Counted from the whole stretch's first letter, positions 1 to 13,022 are shown. The stretch: DNA of 63,578 bases, filler included, from Hyphochytrium catenoides (GCA_900088475.1; 9 parts of 9 records of this genome joined end to end with filler, not necessarily neighbours in it), one strand, 5' to 3'. Numbers and translations: made by a program. The notes: generated by a model from the letters alone, not told the origin.

Positions 1-274
1 CTGCGGAGTGTCATAGAAGCGCTCCTCCAGCATCTGGAAAGATAGTGACCGCAGACTGAAGGGGACACCAGGGTTAGGAAATAGACGACTAGGGCAGCTT
101 GAGGGGCGACCAGAGCAAAATGTCGCCGCAAGACTAAACCTCTTGGGGCAGAAGAGGGAAGATGACAGAAGAGAGACTCATCGGACGAAGAGCAAGAAGG
201 GTTGCGTGGCCTCTAAAGGAAGGGAGGAACTGGCCTGTGAGCTACAAAGAGGGACAAGGATGAAGTTTGCTTAC

Positions 275-710
275 TCCTGTTGAATCTCATGAGTGAGTCC
301 GTTCAGTAGAGGCAGCTGCTCGTCAGCGTTGAAGACCAAGTCGTCAGCAATGTCCTTTATCGCCAAAATGACGTCTTCTTTGCCGTCTGTCAAAGCGGGT
401 GCCTCCTCGATCCTTGATCCGCAAATTTCCTCAATCTGTCTTAGAAGTGGAGCACGATGCTGTCAATGAAAAAGAGAGAGAAGAGAAAGAGTTTTAAACG
501 GTGGATGGACTATTAGTATCTCATAGTTATTGGTGCTTTGACCGACAAGCCCGTTTACCTTCATCAAATCCAGTCCACGTGTCCTCTCATAGACGGCCAT
601 GTCAGCATCCCTGCAAAGAGCAAGCCATTGTCAAAATAAGAAGCAATCAGAATCGGACTAGCAAGACAGTCAGAGAGAGACTGAGGAAGAGTAGGATGAT
701 ATGAGTGAGG

Positions 711-760
<50 letters not shown>

Positions 761-1854
761 CGAAAGGGCTGAGAAGGGAGAGTCCCTACTTGACGGCTTT
801 GCACGAAGCTTTGGTCGTATCGAAGAGGTTATTCAGCGCTTTGGGGATGGTCCAGATGGAGACAGGCTGTAAGTTAAACCAGCCTGGGCCCGTGCTGTCC
901 GGGTACAGGGCCTTCGCAAAGACAGCAGCACTCTGTAAGCACCGGTCGGCGGAGTCCGCGCTGTGAGGTAAGCAGTTCCAGAAAGAAAAGAGAGGAGAAA
1001 ACAGAGAAGAGAGATGGCAAAATATCAGCTTTAGAGTCAAACAGGTGAGCGAGAAAAAGAGAGAGAGAGAGTTATGCCGATCCCTGATAGCACATGGTGC
1101 CCAGCGGATCAAGGGCGGACGAAGAGGAGAGAGGATCAGCACAAGATAGAGACGAGTAGGGCGAACCAAGAGAGAAACGGCTCGATAGACAAGGCCCTGA
1201 GCCTGAGAGAGAGCACACGGGGACATGATGCACGCGAGGAAGTGAGGACGAGACCGACGGAATTTCTTAATTCAGCTTTTATCTCTCCCTCTCTCCCCCT
1301 CTCTCTCTCTCTCTCTCTCTCTCTCCCCCTTTCATGTCCTATATTGCTCTTTTCTTACATGAACTTTGTATGGAAGGAGACGTCAGCGGCACCGCCATAG
1401 GTTGGCGGCAGATACTTCATATCATGGACATAACGCTGGCGGACGAACTGCCCGAAGGAAAATATTTGCTGCATACCTTTCCAATAAAAGCGTATCGATG
1501 GAAGAGAGTAAGAGAGAGAGAGAGAGAGACAGACAGAGACGGCGATCAGCCCAGCCAATACTACCTCAATTAAGCCTCAAGCACGAGATTAACATAACTC
1601 TCTCTCTCTCTCTCCTTCTTTCTCTCTCCTTCGCGTCCTCTCTCTCTCTCTTGTTCACGCTCTCCCTCTCTCTTCTTTGCCACAATCCCCTCCATAACCG
1701 TTTGAGCGTCTTACCTATCTCTGTCAGCTGAGCATAAGGCACACGATAAGAATGGTGGTTGTCAAGGTCATTGGGACAGAGTTTGGCAGTCACTTCATTA
1801 GGAGCACGGCTACCGTGCCGCGTGAGAGATTGGACCAAGACCAGCTTGCTGCAC

Positions 1855-1885
<31 letters not shown>

Positions 1886-2348
1886 AAGAAGAGGGAAGGG
1901 GAGAGAGTAAGAGGGAGAGCCGGAAAGGTTATATAAGAGTGCAGGAAGAGAGATAGAAATTGAGGCGACACAAAGTTGAAAGTGAAAGAGGGAGAAAGAG
2001 TAAGAGAGAGGGAGAAACAGAGACAGAGAGAGAGAGAGAGAAAGGATAAGAGTGCGGGTGTCAGAGAGAGAGAGATTAGAGCGCGTGACAGAGGGGTGGA
2101 AAAAAAAAAGGAGAGAGAGAGAGAGAGAGAGACAGAGAGAGAGAGAAAGAAAGAAAAAAGAGGGAGAGTGAAAGAGAAGAAGCAGCTAGGCTAGCTCAAT
2201 GTCCTGTTAGCACAAGCCTCAACGTCTCCTAAGAGAGAAGCAGCATGGGAGAGCAGACTAGGGAGAGAGCTTGCTGTTCCTTTTACCTTTCACTCTCAGC
2301 GACAGCGGCGACCAGCAGCGCAGTAAGAAGACTCAAGCTGCGGGCCAT
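275..2348 (-). CDS. Secreted histidine acid phosphatase (HAP branch 2), multi-exon; 3' end runs off the left edge of the window
   Basis: Exon1 2348-2287 MARSLSLLTALLVAAVAESE (signal-peptide-like, GTAAAA donor) splices in frame to exon2 1848-1715 SKLVLVQSLTRHGSRAP...YAQLTEIG (catalytic RHGxRxP motif and the following QLT-x-G). Further exons: ~1476-1381 GMQQIFSFGQFVRQRY, ~960-790 ADSADRCLQSA (the R-x-x-x-SA motif), ~612-559 and 400-275. Internal boundaries between exons 3 and 4 are uncertain. Confidence 0.85.
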
Positions 2349-2525
2349 CGTGGCTTCTTTCCTCCTCCTCTTTGCCTGTCAAGCGCTGCTGCGGGCAACT
2401 AAAGGTCAGTGAGGACTGCGGTGCCCAAGAGGCAAATAGTGGAATGGATGATGGCGGATGAAGGCGGCGGTCGGCGCTGCTGAGAGAAATGCAGCATCCT
2501 CCCTCTCTTGTTCTCTCTCTCTCTC

Positions 2526-2575
<50 letters not shown>

Positions 2576-5426
2576 TCTCGCTCTCTCTCTTTCTCTCTCT
2601 CTCTCCCTTGTTCTCTCTAGCTTGTTTCTCTCTCTCCCATGTTTGTCTCTCTCTCTTCTTTCTTTCTCTCCCTTGTTTCTCTCTCTCCCTTCTTTCTCTC
2701 TCTCTCTCCCTTGTTTCTCTTTGTTTCTCTCTCTCTCTCCTTGTTTCCCTCTGTCTTCTTTGTCTCTCTCTCTCTCTCTCTCTCTCTTCCTCTCTCTCTC
2801 TCCCTCTCTATGATTCGACGACCAGAGAGAAGGAAGTTTATCCACAGCTCCAGGCAGTAGTAATATATAATACAGCTATCAACACCCCTATGGAGGATCA
2901 TATTATTGCGGAGCAAAGGGCGTCACAAAGGACACCTTGAAGGGACAAACCACGAACAAACTCTTTTTTTTGTATAAATTCACATAAATCTTTCAATAAA
3001 TCTTTCATAAACCTCCATCTCCACCTGCAAAGCAGGTTCTGATGCGGAATATTACCCATGCAGAGACCAGAATGTAGCAAATAGATATAGCTATATCTGG
3101 AATACAATCCTAATCATCCCGCAAGAAGGATCTGTCTAATAAGGCCTTTAAAATAAATATTAAAACAGCATTTGGCCGCTGTTTGGCCTTCATCTTTTCT
3201 ACTCTTCGATTTGTTGCCCTGTGTACCTGCTGCAGAGCACGCTCCTCCTCCTCCTCCTCGTCGTCGCTCCTCACTCCGTTGTTGTCCTCCCTTGCTTTGT
3301 TCTCGAGTCTTCTTTCTTCTTCCCACCACCGATCACTTTTCCGACCACCAGCGGCAGGGAGGAGAAGAGGAGGCAGCAGCAGCAGGACGCAGGACGGCGT
3401 GCTGCTCACTCGCCTTTGGTTGGTCATCATCATGGCAAGCAAGACGAGCGTCATGATGATGATGATGATCTGATGATGCATTATTATCAGCGGAGGAGGC
3501 TACTCACGCCGATTTATCACCGTTATCTATAGCCTCCTCCTCCTCCTCCGTTGTACTCCCATAATCCGACGACGTCTGTCATCATCACGACTACCTCCTC
3601 CTCCTCCTATTATATATACTACTACTCGTCGTCGTGGTGTGACTCAACTACTATTGTTCCCACCGCCCTCCCAGGGCAACACCACCTCCTCCCCTAATTG
3701 CCCCTCCTTCTGCCGCTGCCCCTTTCCCGATCCGCACCAGCACAGCAGGCAGCACCTCCCCGCAGAAGGAGGAGGGTAAACGAAGAAGCAAGAGCGAGGA
3801 TTCGTCAAGGCGAAAGACGAAGATAGACGACGGTAGCAGCAACAAGTGGTAGCTACGTTTATAATAGGTAATAGGAACGGTGGCAGCGGCAAAGAAGAAG
3901 GCTGATGATGGTGATGGAGATGAGAGACAGAAGAAGAAAGACAACCAGCAGCAGAGGAGGAAGACGAAGAAAGAGCACAAACGGAAGAAGCAGGAGAAGA
4001 AAAAACGAAGGGGAAGCAATTGGAGGAAGGGGAAGAAGGAAGAAGCAGCAACGAGAGGGATGGTCCTCCTGTTAGCCTCTTGCTGCAACAAGCGGAGCGA
4101 AGATTTCTAACGTAGACTTATAATGATGGTGAGTGGTGGGCGGCCAAGGCAGGCATTGCAAGCAGCAGGGTCTTCAATAAAAGATAGTGCCACTATTGGA
4201 GGATGATGATGAGCACTAGCAGGCCCGTGTTCCCGGCGGTTCACTAGTAAGTCTCGGAACCCCCCTCCCAAGTCGTTGGAGCTGTCTACTAGTAGCCACC
4301 GTCATTCAGTTGGTCCGTCAAGAGCACTCCTCCTACTATATCCTCCATGATGCGGCATAATAATAGGTAGATTAGTAAGGGAAGCGGACACCGAGGACGA
4401 TTTCGTACAGGTGGAAGAGAAGAGCTGGCAGCATCATGATGAGGTAGTATGTCACATACCAGAATAGGAGAAATAAGCAGGAGCAAATGACGAAGTGAGT
4501 GGGTCGTCGGTAGTGAGCGAGCCTCTATCCTTGGCGGCCCCCATCTCATCGTCCTCATCGTCATCACATAGTACTACTAGAAAAATTCTATAATTAGCTG
4601 GCAAGGAGGAAAGAAGGAACGAAGAAAAAGCATCGGCAGCCCAGCGGAAGAGTCAGCAGAAGAAAACAAGAGATGCCAGAGAGGGCCCCGAACTAGTGAG
4701 GAGGAAGAAAGAGGATTGTAGCTTGTAGCTTGTATGACTTTATATATGCGGTTAGCACCTCTTTCTACTAGAGTTAATGGGGACGTAACATAATAAACTA
4801 GAGCGAGGAGAATTGCTGGTTGATGATGATGAGGAGAACGAGAGAAGAAGAGAGATGCCAGTATCTGTTTCTGAAGGAGAATCGATGAATATATATACTC
4901 GCGTGGATCATCATCAGTGAGTCCATCTCACTCCTCCTCTTCTCCTTCTTTTTCCTGCGCTGTTAGCATCCTCGGTTCACGGGAGCAGCTATCAGGGCTA
5001 TAATGATGAGAAAGGTGATAACGTCTTACTTATTGACGAAGAACAGGAAAACGATGATCCTCGGAACAATGATGGCCAGGGACGACGAGGACGAGGAGGA
5101 TAATCGTCACAAGGAACAACAAGCAGCAGAGGAGGAAGAAGAAGGCCAACAGCAACAACAAGAGGCAAGAAGAAGAAGTTCATCATTAAACAAGAAGCAT
5201 GGTGACGACATCATGAAGAAGGAGCAACAAAGAAGAAGGGAAGAAGAGACGACGTTCTGAAGAAGTAAAAAAGAGACAATAATATATATTATATTGATGA
5301 TGCATCCGTGCTATTATTATTAGGCAAAGAGAGGATGTTCGGAAGAAGAAGAGAGAAACAAGTAAGGGCATAGGCAAGGAAAGAAGCAAAGAGACAAAGA
5401 AAAAGAAGAGAAAGAGGAGAGAGAGA

Positions 5427-5520
5427 AAAGAAGAGAAGAGAAGAGAAGAGAAGAGAAGAGAAGAGAAGAGAAGAGAAGAGAAGAGAAGAGAAGAGAAGAG
5501 AAGAGAAGAGAAGAGAGAAA
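5427..5520. repeat. (AAGAG)n pentanucleotide microsatellite
   Basis: Near-perfect AAGAG tandem run seen directly. Confidence 0.95.
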
Positions 5521-7195
5521 CAAGAAGACGAGCAAGGCACCACCTCCTTTTCTACAGTGCGTGCACCGTCCGAATGTTTGTCCGTTCACGCTGTAGCCAA
5601 TCATCCATAATAATTCGTTGGCTTGCTTATCAAGAATATAGTAGGCTATCCATCACCTCATTATCCACAATCTTAAAGGCAGTAGCGTGGTTATATGTGC
5701 CCGAGATACAGTACACCCTTAGCCCTCAAACCATGCTGATTTGAAATAGGCTAACCATGGACAACCCTCACGAAGTGTGTCAGTAGTCAATAGATAGAGG
5801 CTAGCCTTAGATCACGTCACATAGCGGTGGGCTGGGCCTGTGTGACCAGTGTTGGAGCTAAGAAAACAAGGGACATAGGCCAGCGTCTCGCATAATACTC
5901 TTACTACCCCCACACCCTACCCCGACAAGCCTTAGTGTGGTGGCTCACTGGTCAGTACTATTACTACGGAGCCTCCAAGAAATGGTCGAAGAGACACGCC
6001 AGCCGACCGTTACAAGCCCTTCGATATTACTACAATTTGACCCTTTTTGCCCCACACACTTACAGCACAACGAGGCAGGCGTTTATAGCGAGTAGCTACA
6101 AATATACCCACCCACCTGCTGTGACTCTAGCAACTATTATTGCGCGGCGCAACAGACACGATCGAGCAGCCATCACCTTTCTGACAGGGAGAGCACCTGA
6201 TCCTTCGCCGCATCTGGCGCTGTTGCTGTATTTCCTAGAAGTAATTATCCTAATCGTTCGCCGTCTGGTCCCGTTCGTTAGGCTGATGGGCTTTCACTTG
6301 TGGAAGCGGCGATCGAAGGNNNNNNNNNNNNNNNNNNNNNNNNNNNNNNNNNNNNNNNNNNNNNNNNNNNNNNNNNNNNNNNNNNNNNNNNNNNNNNNNN
6401 NNNNNNNNNNNGAGAGAGAGGGAGAGAGAGGAAGAGAGAAGAGAGAGGTGAGAGAGAGAGAGAAGAGAGAGAGAGAGAGGAAGAGAGAGAAAGAGAGAAA
6501 GAGGAACAAAGAGAAGACAAGAATGGGACAGAGAAAAAAAGGAGGAGAAAGAAGAGAGAGAGAAAAAAGAGAACGGAGGGAGAGAGAGAGGAAAGAGAGG
6601 CTGAGATAAGCACAGAGAGTGTGGGAGCAGAGAGAGAAGAGCGGAGAGAGACGAAGACAAAGCAAGACAGGTAAAAAAGAGACAGAGAGAGTGAAACGAG
6701 GAGAGAGAGACGACAGAAAAGGACGAAGAGAAGAGAGAAAGATAAAGGGAGGAGAGAGAAAAGGAGAGAGAGAAAAGAAGAGCAATGAACCCTCACGCTG
6801 AAGAACTTCCTATGGTCACAATGATCCACTTGCACCTGCTACGGCTGTGACGGAGCTCAGAGAGAGACACAAAGAGAGAGAGAGAGAGACAAAGAGAGAG
6901 GGAGAGAGAGAGAGAGAGAGAGAGAAAGCAAGAGAAATAGGAAGCGAAGAGTCGGAGCAGGAGGTTTCGTTTGGAGAGATCCAGAGAAGGCTCCTTGCAG
7001 ACAGAAATAGAGCCGAGGAGGAGAGAAGAGAGAGACAGAGACAAAAGAGAAAAAGAGAGAGAGAGAGACAGAGAGAGAGAGAACAGAAGAGGAAGCTTCG
7101 TCGTACTGGACGAGCAAAGGAATGTCGAGGAAGGAAGGGAAAGTCTAACGTTCAGTCGACCAGACACTGATGATCTCTAGCCTGTCTCGCTCCTG

Positions 7196-7227
<32 letters not shown>

Positions 7228-7350
7228 CAGAAGCCATCATCATCATCATCATCAAGACACAAGAGCAAGAGAGAGAGAGAGAGACAGAGACAGAGAGAGA
7301 GAGAGGAGCAAGTGTGCACCACAGTCGCAGCTAAAGGGAGCTAGCGAATC

Positions 7351-7450
7351 NNNNNNNNNNNNNNNNNNNNNNNNNNNNNNNNNNNNNNNNNNNNTTAATT
7401 AATTAANNNNNNNNNNNNNNNNNNNNNNNNNNNNNNNNNNNNNNNNNNNN
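7351..7450. other. Artificial scaffold linker (N44-TTAATTAATTAA-N44). Identical linkers occur at 30836-30935, 35375-35474, 43191-43290, 44507-44606, 55774-55873, 59890-59989 and 61156-61255
   Basis: The same 100-bp N block with a central 12-mer giving stop codons in all six frames recurs eight times, and genes are truncated at these points. Confidence 0.97.
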
Positions 7451-7455
7451 AAGAG

Positions 7456-7492
<37 letters not shown>

Positions 7493-7593
7493 GAGTGAAA
7501 GAGACCATAGGGAGAAGGGAAGGCAAGGCGGAAGGAGGCAAACCGTTTGCGGCCAGAGTTGGAGAGGACAGAGCCAAGCGGGCGAGCTCTTAC

Positions 7594-8063
7594 CTCCACA
7601 GAAGGAGAGAAGATAGAGGAAAGCATCTTGACAGCTCTCATGCACCTTCTCCAGAGTCAAAGTGCGGTCCTCAACAGCGGCAGCGCTGTCTCCTAAGGAG
7701 GGGAGAAGACACACCGTGGGCGAGAGAGAGACATCGGGCCAATAGACAGCGGCCGAGTAAAGCTCCGCCTCCATAGCTCTGTCTCTGTATGCTATGTAGG
7801 GGAATAACCTATGACCATGTGGAGAGTGCCGCAAGCTCTCTCAGAAGATGGCTCCCAGAGAAGAGACACAGAAGAGATCCAGGACGGAAGGCAGAGAGAA
7901 CGAAGAGAAGCGGTGCTAGCAATGTGAGACACCAGAAGAGAGACGCTAGCAAAGAGACAAGCAGGGGCGGTCCTTTTGGAAGAGGAGGGTGAGCAAGGGG
8001 GATGATGGAGAAAGGGTCGGAGAGCACAAGAGTGCAAGAGAGAGAAAGGTAGGAGAGAAAGAA

Positions 8064-8130
<67 letters not shown>

Positions 8131-8300
8131 AGAAGAAGAGGCAGGAAACTCGAGTTGCAGTTTGTCTCCTCTGTCATGGCGATCTTCTGTCTCTTTATAT
8201 TTGGGATTTGGACAGCTAGGCTTTTGGATAAGATTCACTTCTAGGGTACCAATCCAGGATGAGGGATCTCTTGCTGATTCTGATTGAAGAACGGTCACCT
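7594..8300 (-). CDS. Probable exons of an uncharacterised spliced gene, truncated by the linker
   Basis: Complex-sequence island ~7791-7594 (YRDRAMEAELYSAAVYWPDV...DAFLYLLSFCG) is bounded by an AG acceptor and a GTAAGA donor. A second island lies near 8300-8215 between microsatellite tracts. No family recognised. Confidence 0.35.
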
Positions 8301-9064
8301 CTGGTCCTCTCTGTCTCCCCTTCTCTCTCACTCTCTCTCTCTCTATTCCATGAATGGCCCTCTTCCCTTACAGACCTCTTCGTATGTGCCCACTTCCTCA
8401 TTGCTCGGCCAGCTCATGGCTCCGCCCTACTTCTTCCATGTCTCTCCTTCTCTCCGCTACACTTAGCTCATCGCGTCATGACGTAAGAGGATCTGGCTCT
8501 AGACTGAGCTTCAGAGCTAGTCTGCCACAGCGTCGCCTCTCTCTCATTCTCTTTTGGTTCTCAAAGTCTTTCCCCAGGATGGAGCCTTTCTCTCTGTCTT
8601 CTCACTGCTGTCACCAAGCGTAGGACCAGTATTGGTCTCAGGGTAGCACTAGAACGAGTGGCGGAAAATAGGCGAGACCGGCGCAGAGGTTATGCCGGCA
8701 CTGACGAGAGAGAAAACGAAGAGAAAGAAAGGACGAGAGAGACAGAAACAAACAGAAAGGGAGATGCGCAAGAAGCAAAAGAGAGAGCTAGAGAGAGAGA
8801 GAACAGAATGTTCCGCCACAAGGAAAGGACAAAGCAACATGCTAGCTTATGGCAAATAAATAGTCTCTGTGCCAAACAGATGCGCAGGGAGAGGGCAGGA
8901 GAGAGAGAGGATAAAGAAAGAGCATTTAAGAGAGAGCAAGAGAGAGAGAGGGGAAGAGAGAGAGAGAGAGAGAGAGAGTGAGATGACCCTGGTGAGTCCT
9001 CCTCTTCTTCGGTCTCTCTTATCTAGAGGGTCGCCTCAGAGTCTCGCTGTTCCAAGGGTTTGCA

Positions 9065-12000
9065 CTAGGAATAACCTTTGACTGCTTGTCTTCCCTCCTT
9101 GTCCGAGAGCAGCGGCGAGTTCTCACTCTGTCCCTCGACCACAACCTCCAGCTTCCTTTCTCCGCCATCCTCAACTCTAGGCGGCCGATAACAGCGCAGC
9201 AAGAGTGAGGACATTACTACGGAGACAGAGGACATCGCCATCGAGGCTCCTGCAGCCATGGGAGGGATTGTGAGGCCCAACGAAGGGAAGAGCACACCCG
9301 CGGCAAGAGGGAGAAGAAGAACGTTGTACCCGAGCGCCCAGAGATAGTTCAACTGGATTCGAGAGAAAATCTTCCTCGAGAGATCGATGCCAGTTATCAC
9401 GTCGCTGATCTTGGAGCGGACCAGAACCATCCCTGCAGTCTCTACCGCGATCTCTGTGCCCCCACCAACGGCGATCCCAAGATCAGCTTGAGCTAGAGCT
9501 GGAGAGTCATTGATCCCGTCTCCTACCATTGCCACGATCTTTCCCTCCGTCTGGAGCTCTCTCACGGCTGCGGCCTTGTTAGAAGGGAGAACCTCAGCTT
9601 TGACTCTACCTCGTGAGATGCCAAGGGAGAGAGCGACGGCATGTGCCGTTCTCCTGTTGTCTCCTGTCACCATCCACACTTCAATGCCCATCCGTTCTAG
9701 CGCCAGGATAGTAGCAGCGGCTTCCGGTCTTGGTTTGTCGCCTATCCCAATAGTGCAGGCGACGGCTGAACCTACAGCCACATAGACAACGGTGTTGCCT
9801 AGGGCCTCGAGACGAGAGACGGACAGCGCCAGAGACGGAGGAAGAGGAATAGAGAGGTTCTCCATCCAAAGTTGGTTGCCAATCGCTACCTTCCTTCCTT
9901 CTATCGTACACTTGATGCCTTGGCCAGACTGCGCTTCGAATGATTCTTAGGAGAGGCCGATGAGGACAGTCCACAAGGTGTTTGGCGAAGATATGGCCAG
10001 AAACGGGAAAGAGGAGCAAGAAGGAAAAGAGAAATGAGTGGAAAGAGAGAACGAGAGAGGGGGAGAACGGGAGAGAGACGGAGAGGCAACACACGTTAAG
10101 GTCAGGAGACTGGACAGGGGAAGGTTAAACCCAGCAGAGCACCGAAAGGAATTAGAAGAGGAAGGGAAGCGAGGAAGACCATCAGGTTGGGAAAGGTAGC
10201 AGGTTGCAGGATAAGGAATTCCCGTTGACAGTCCCCTCCTTCTAAGCTGCTTCTAACAGACCACGTCTCGCCGCTCTTTCTATCTCTTTCTCGCTATCCC
10301 GCTCTCTCTTCTTTTGAGTTTATTTACCTGGCTGCACAAGGGGCCTGGCGACCCTCTGATGCTCCTGAGCATAGTTCACGATGGCTCGGCCCAAGGGATG
10401 CTCACTGCTGAGTTCACACGAGGCTGCAAGCCAGAGGATCTCCTCCTCCTCCAACTCTTCGCTCCACATTGAGACAGATCTTACCTCCGGTTTCCCTATC
10501 GTTAGAGTCCCTGTCTTGTCAAAGATCATCGCCGTCACTTTGTGCGCCACCTCTAACGGCTCTCCTCCCTTGATGAGCACGCCTTGCCTAGCGCCTACAC
10601 CCGTTCCTACCACCACAGCGGTTGGCGAGGCGAGGCCAAGCGCACAAGGGCAGGCGATGACAAGTGTAGCTATGCCAAAAGAGAAAGAGAAGCTGAAGGC
10701 AGAATAGTGTGGAGCGTACCATTCCTTCGGAACCACGCCAGTCAGACAGAAACTGTACCAGACTATGAACGTGGTTAGAGAAAAAACGACGATGCAGGGA
10801 ACGAAGATGGAAGAGATCTTGTCCGCATACGCCTGTATAGGCGCCTTGTTTGTCTGCGCCTCCTCGACGAGCCTAATAATGTGAGAGAGCGCGGTTTCGC
10901 TTCCCGTTCCTGTTACTCGCATGTGGATCAAACCAGTCATTATGTACGTGGCACCCAGCACTCTGTCTCCCACCGTCTTGGTCACGGGAGAGCTCTCTCC
11001 TGTCAGCATACTCTCATCGACGGCAGCCCTTCCCATAACTACTTCTCCATCCGCTGGGATAGCTGCGCCTTGAAGGACCTTCAATACATCGCCTTTCTGC
11101 ACCAAGTCTATGGGTATCGTCCTCTCCCCTACAATGTAGCCTTCTTCATTGAACTCCAAGAGAACTGCAGTCTTCACCTGTAGATCCATTAACTTCCTTA
11201 GAGCTTCATTAGTTTTTCCTTTGGCTACTGCCTCCAGATACTTTCCTAGCAGAATAAACGTGACCAGTAGCGCGCTGGTTTCGAAGTATTCTGGCGCTTG
11301 CAGTGCACCCTCTGCACCTAACAGCCCGCGTAGAAGAAGGGAGAAACCATAGAGATAGGCAGCGAGAGTGCCCATAGCGACAAGGAAAGACATGCCTACA
11401 GTTCTCCGTTGTAGCGCCTTGTACGCATCTGTAATGAATCTCCAGGCACAGAAGAACTGAACGGGAGTGGCCAAGATCCAGTCCAGCAAGGCCTTAGCGC
11501 TGACTCCAGCGATGACGTTCTCGTCAAGCCCGTGACTGATACTAGGGATGTAGGAGAGTACCATGTTGATGACAATGATGGGAAAGGAGAAGATAAGAGC
11601 GATAAAGAAAGAGTGCTTCCAGCCCTCTCTCTCTTCTTGCCTCCTCGTATTCAGTTCCTCTGCAGCGTTCACATTTTCCGGGATATAAGTGGCGTCATAG
11701 CCCACGCCTCTCACGGTAGAGAGAATGTCCCTGAGCCCTATCTCCTCTTTCTTATACGTCACAATAGCCTTGTCAGTTGCCAGGTTGATCTTCACTGAAG
11801 AGATCCCCGGCTGAGAGCGGAGGGCGCCCTCTATAGTCGAGACACAGGAGGAACAGGTCATTCCTCCTACGTGGAAGGTTGCGGTTTCCTCCTCCGCTCT
11901 CGCAGCATTCTGCACCCGTAGAATCTTGGCAGAGTAGCCCACATCCTCGATCTCTTCCACCAATCTTTCCCCTGTCACAAGCTGGGCATTTATCTCCACC

Positions 12001-13022
12001 TCAGCCTTCTCCGTCAACAGATTAACTGACACTGACTGCACCCCAGGCATTGTAGCTAGCAGGTTTTCTATGGTCTGCACGCAGGAGGAGCAGGTCATTC
12101 CGCTCACGGCGAGTGTCACGCGGCTGTGAGATGGAGAAGAGGCAACTCTCGGCAGACTCCTCTTCCTTACACTTCCCACAAAGCTATTTAGTCTCTTGGG
12201 GCTGCTGTCTCCGTTGCTATTTTCCTTGGCGAGCTCCACATCAAAGCCCAGCCGTCTCACCGCCTCTATTAGTAGTTCTGGGGCCACCGAGGCGCTGAGG
12301 ACGCGAAGGGTCCGATGAGGGAGCTCTACGTTCACACTTTCCACGCCAGGAAGAGCCGAAAGTTCATGCTGCAACCGCAAAGCTCCTTCTTTGGAGAGCA
12401 AACCTTGGATCTGAAGTTTCGTCTGTGTAGATCCTGGCAGAGAGACCACCAGTTGTTTATCGCAGGTCCTTGTCTGAATCGTCTCTACTGCATCTGCAAG
12501 CTGGTCAAAGCTCACATGGCTCCCTGGCGCTAACGTGACATAAGCCTTGGCGTTTTCAAAGTCCACTTGGACGTCCACGACACCGTCTACAGAGGCCAGT
12601 GCTCTCTTTGTCAGTGCGGCACAGCGTGGCTCACATTTCATTCCTTGGACGTTCAAGACAAGGACTGGGTTGGAAGTCTCCTGCACAGTGACCCCATGAA
12701 GCTGCACCTGGAGCTCAGAAGTCGATCCACCTACAGAGAGCAGCTTCAGGTCAAACTGGGGCCCAGCTTGTGTGTGGACCGCCTCTTCCAGAGACTTCAT
12801 ATCTACTTCATGGTCATTGCTCTCATAGAGGACGATAGCGCGCTTTTCTGCGAAGTTGACTGTGGCGCTGGAAACGCCAGGGACCGAACTGAGCGCGGCC
12901 TGAATCTTTTTAGCACAGTTCTTGGTACATTTCATGCCCTCGACCTGCAGAACAACCTCAACCTCCCCGGCACTCTGCTGTTCCCCATCCCTTGCCTCTA
13001 CCATGGTCCTCCTCACACCCAT
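9065..13022 (-). CDS. P1B-1 type copper-transporting ATPase (ATP7/RAN1/CopA-like), 2 exons: 13022-10328 and 9945-9065
   Basis: N-terminal HMA domains (GMKCTKNC, GMKCEPRC, two GMTCSSC), TGES, transmembrane CPC, DKTGT phosphorylation site, SEHPL, TGDN, GDGINDSP, and the YN and MxxSS Cu(I)-specific TM motifs. Intron 10327-9946 (GT..AG) restores the frame (QP-E-SFEAQSGQG). Confidence 0.96.

Noticed and set aside
1759-2940. Many long ORFs of RERERE / SLSLSL / LSLS type here and across the window
   Set aside because: They are translations of (GA)n/(CT)n microsatellites, which lack stop codons, and they fall in introns or intergenic DNA.
3110-3481. 123-aa ORF with hydrophobic N-terminus and an RS-DDEEEEEER stretch vaguely like an RxLR-dEER effector
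   Set aside because: There is no RxLR, the hydrophobic and acidic runs derive from (ATC)n and (GAG)n slippage, and the ORF lies in a low-complexity island with equally long ORFs in other frames.
6250-7260. Possible minus-strand micro-exons (e.g. VQVDHCDHRKFFS at ~6835-6797)
   Set aside because: The splice signals are plausible, but no consistent frame or family could be built across the N gap.
7395-7406. Recurrent TTAATTAATTAA as a piggyBac TTAA target or biological repeat
   Set aside because: It is always centred in exactly 100-bp N blocks, so it is an artificial contig linker.
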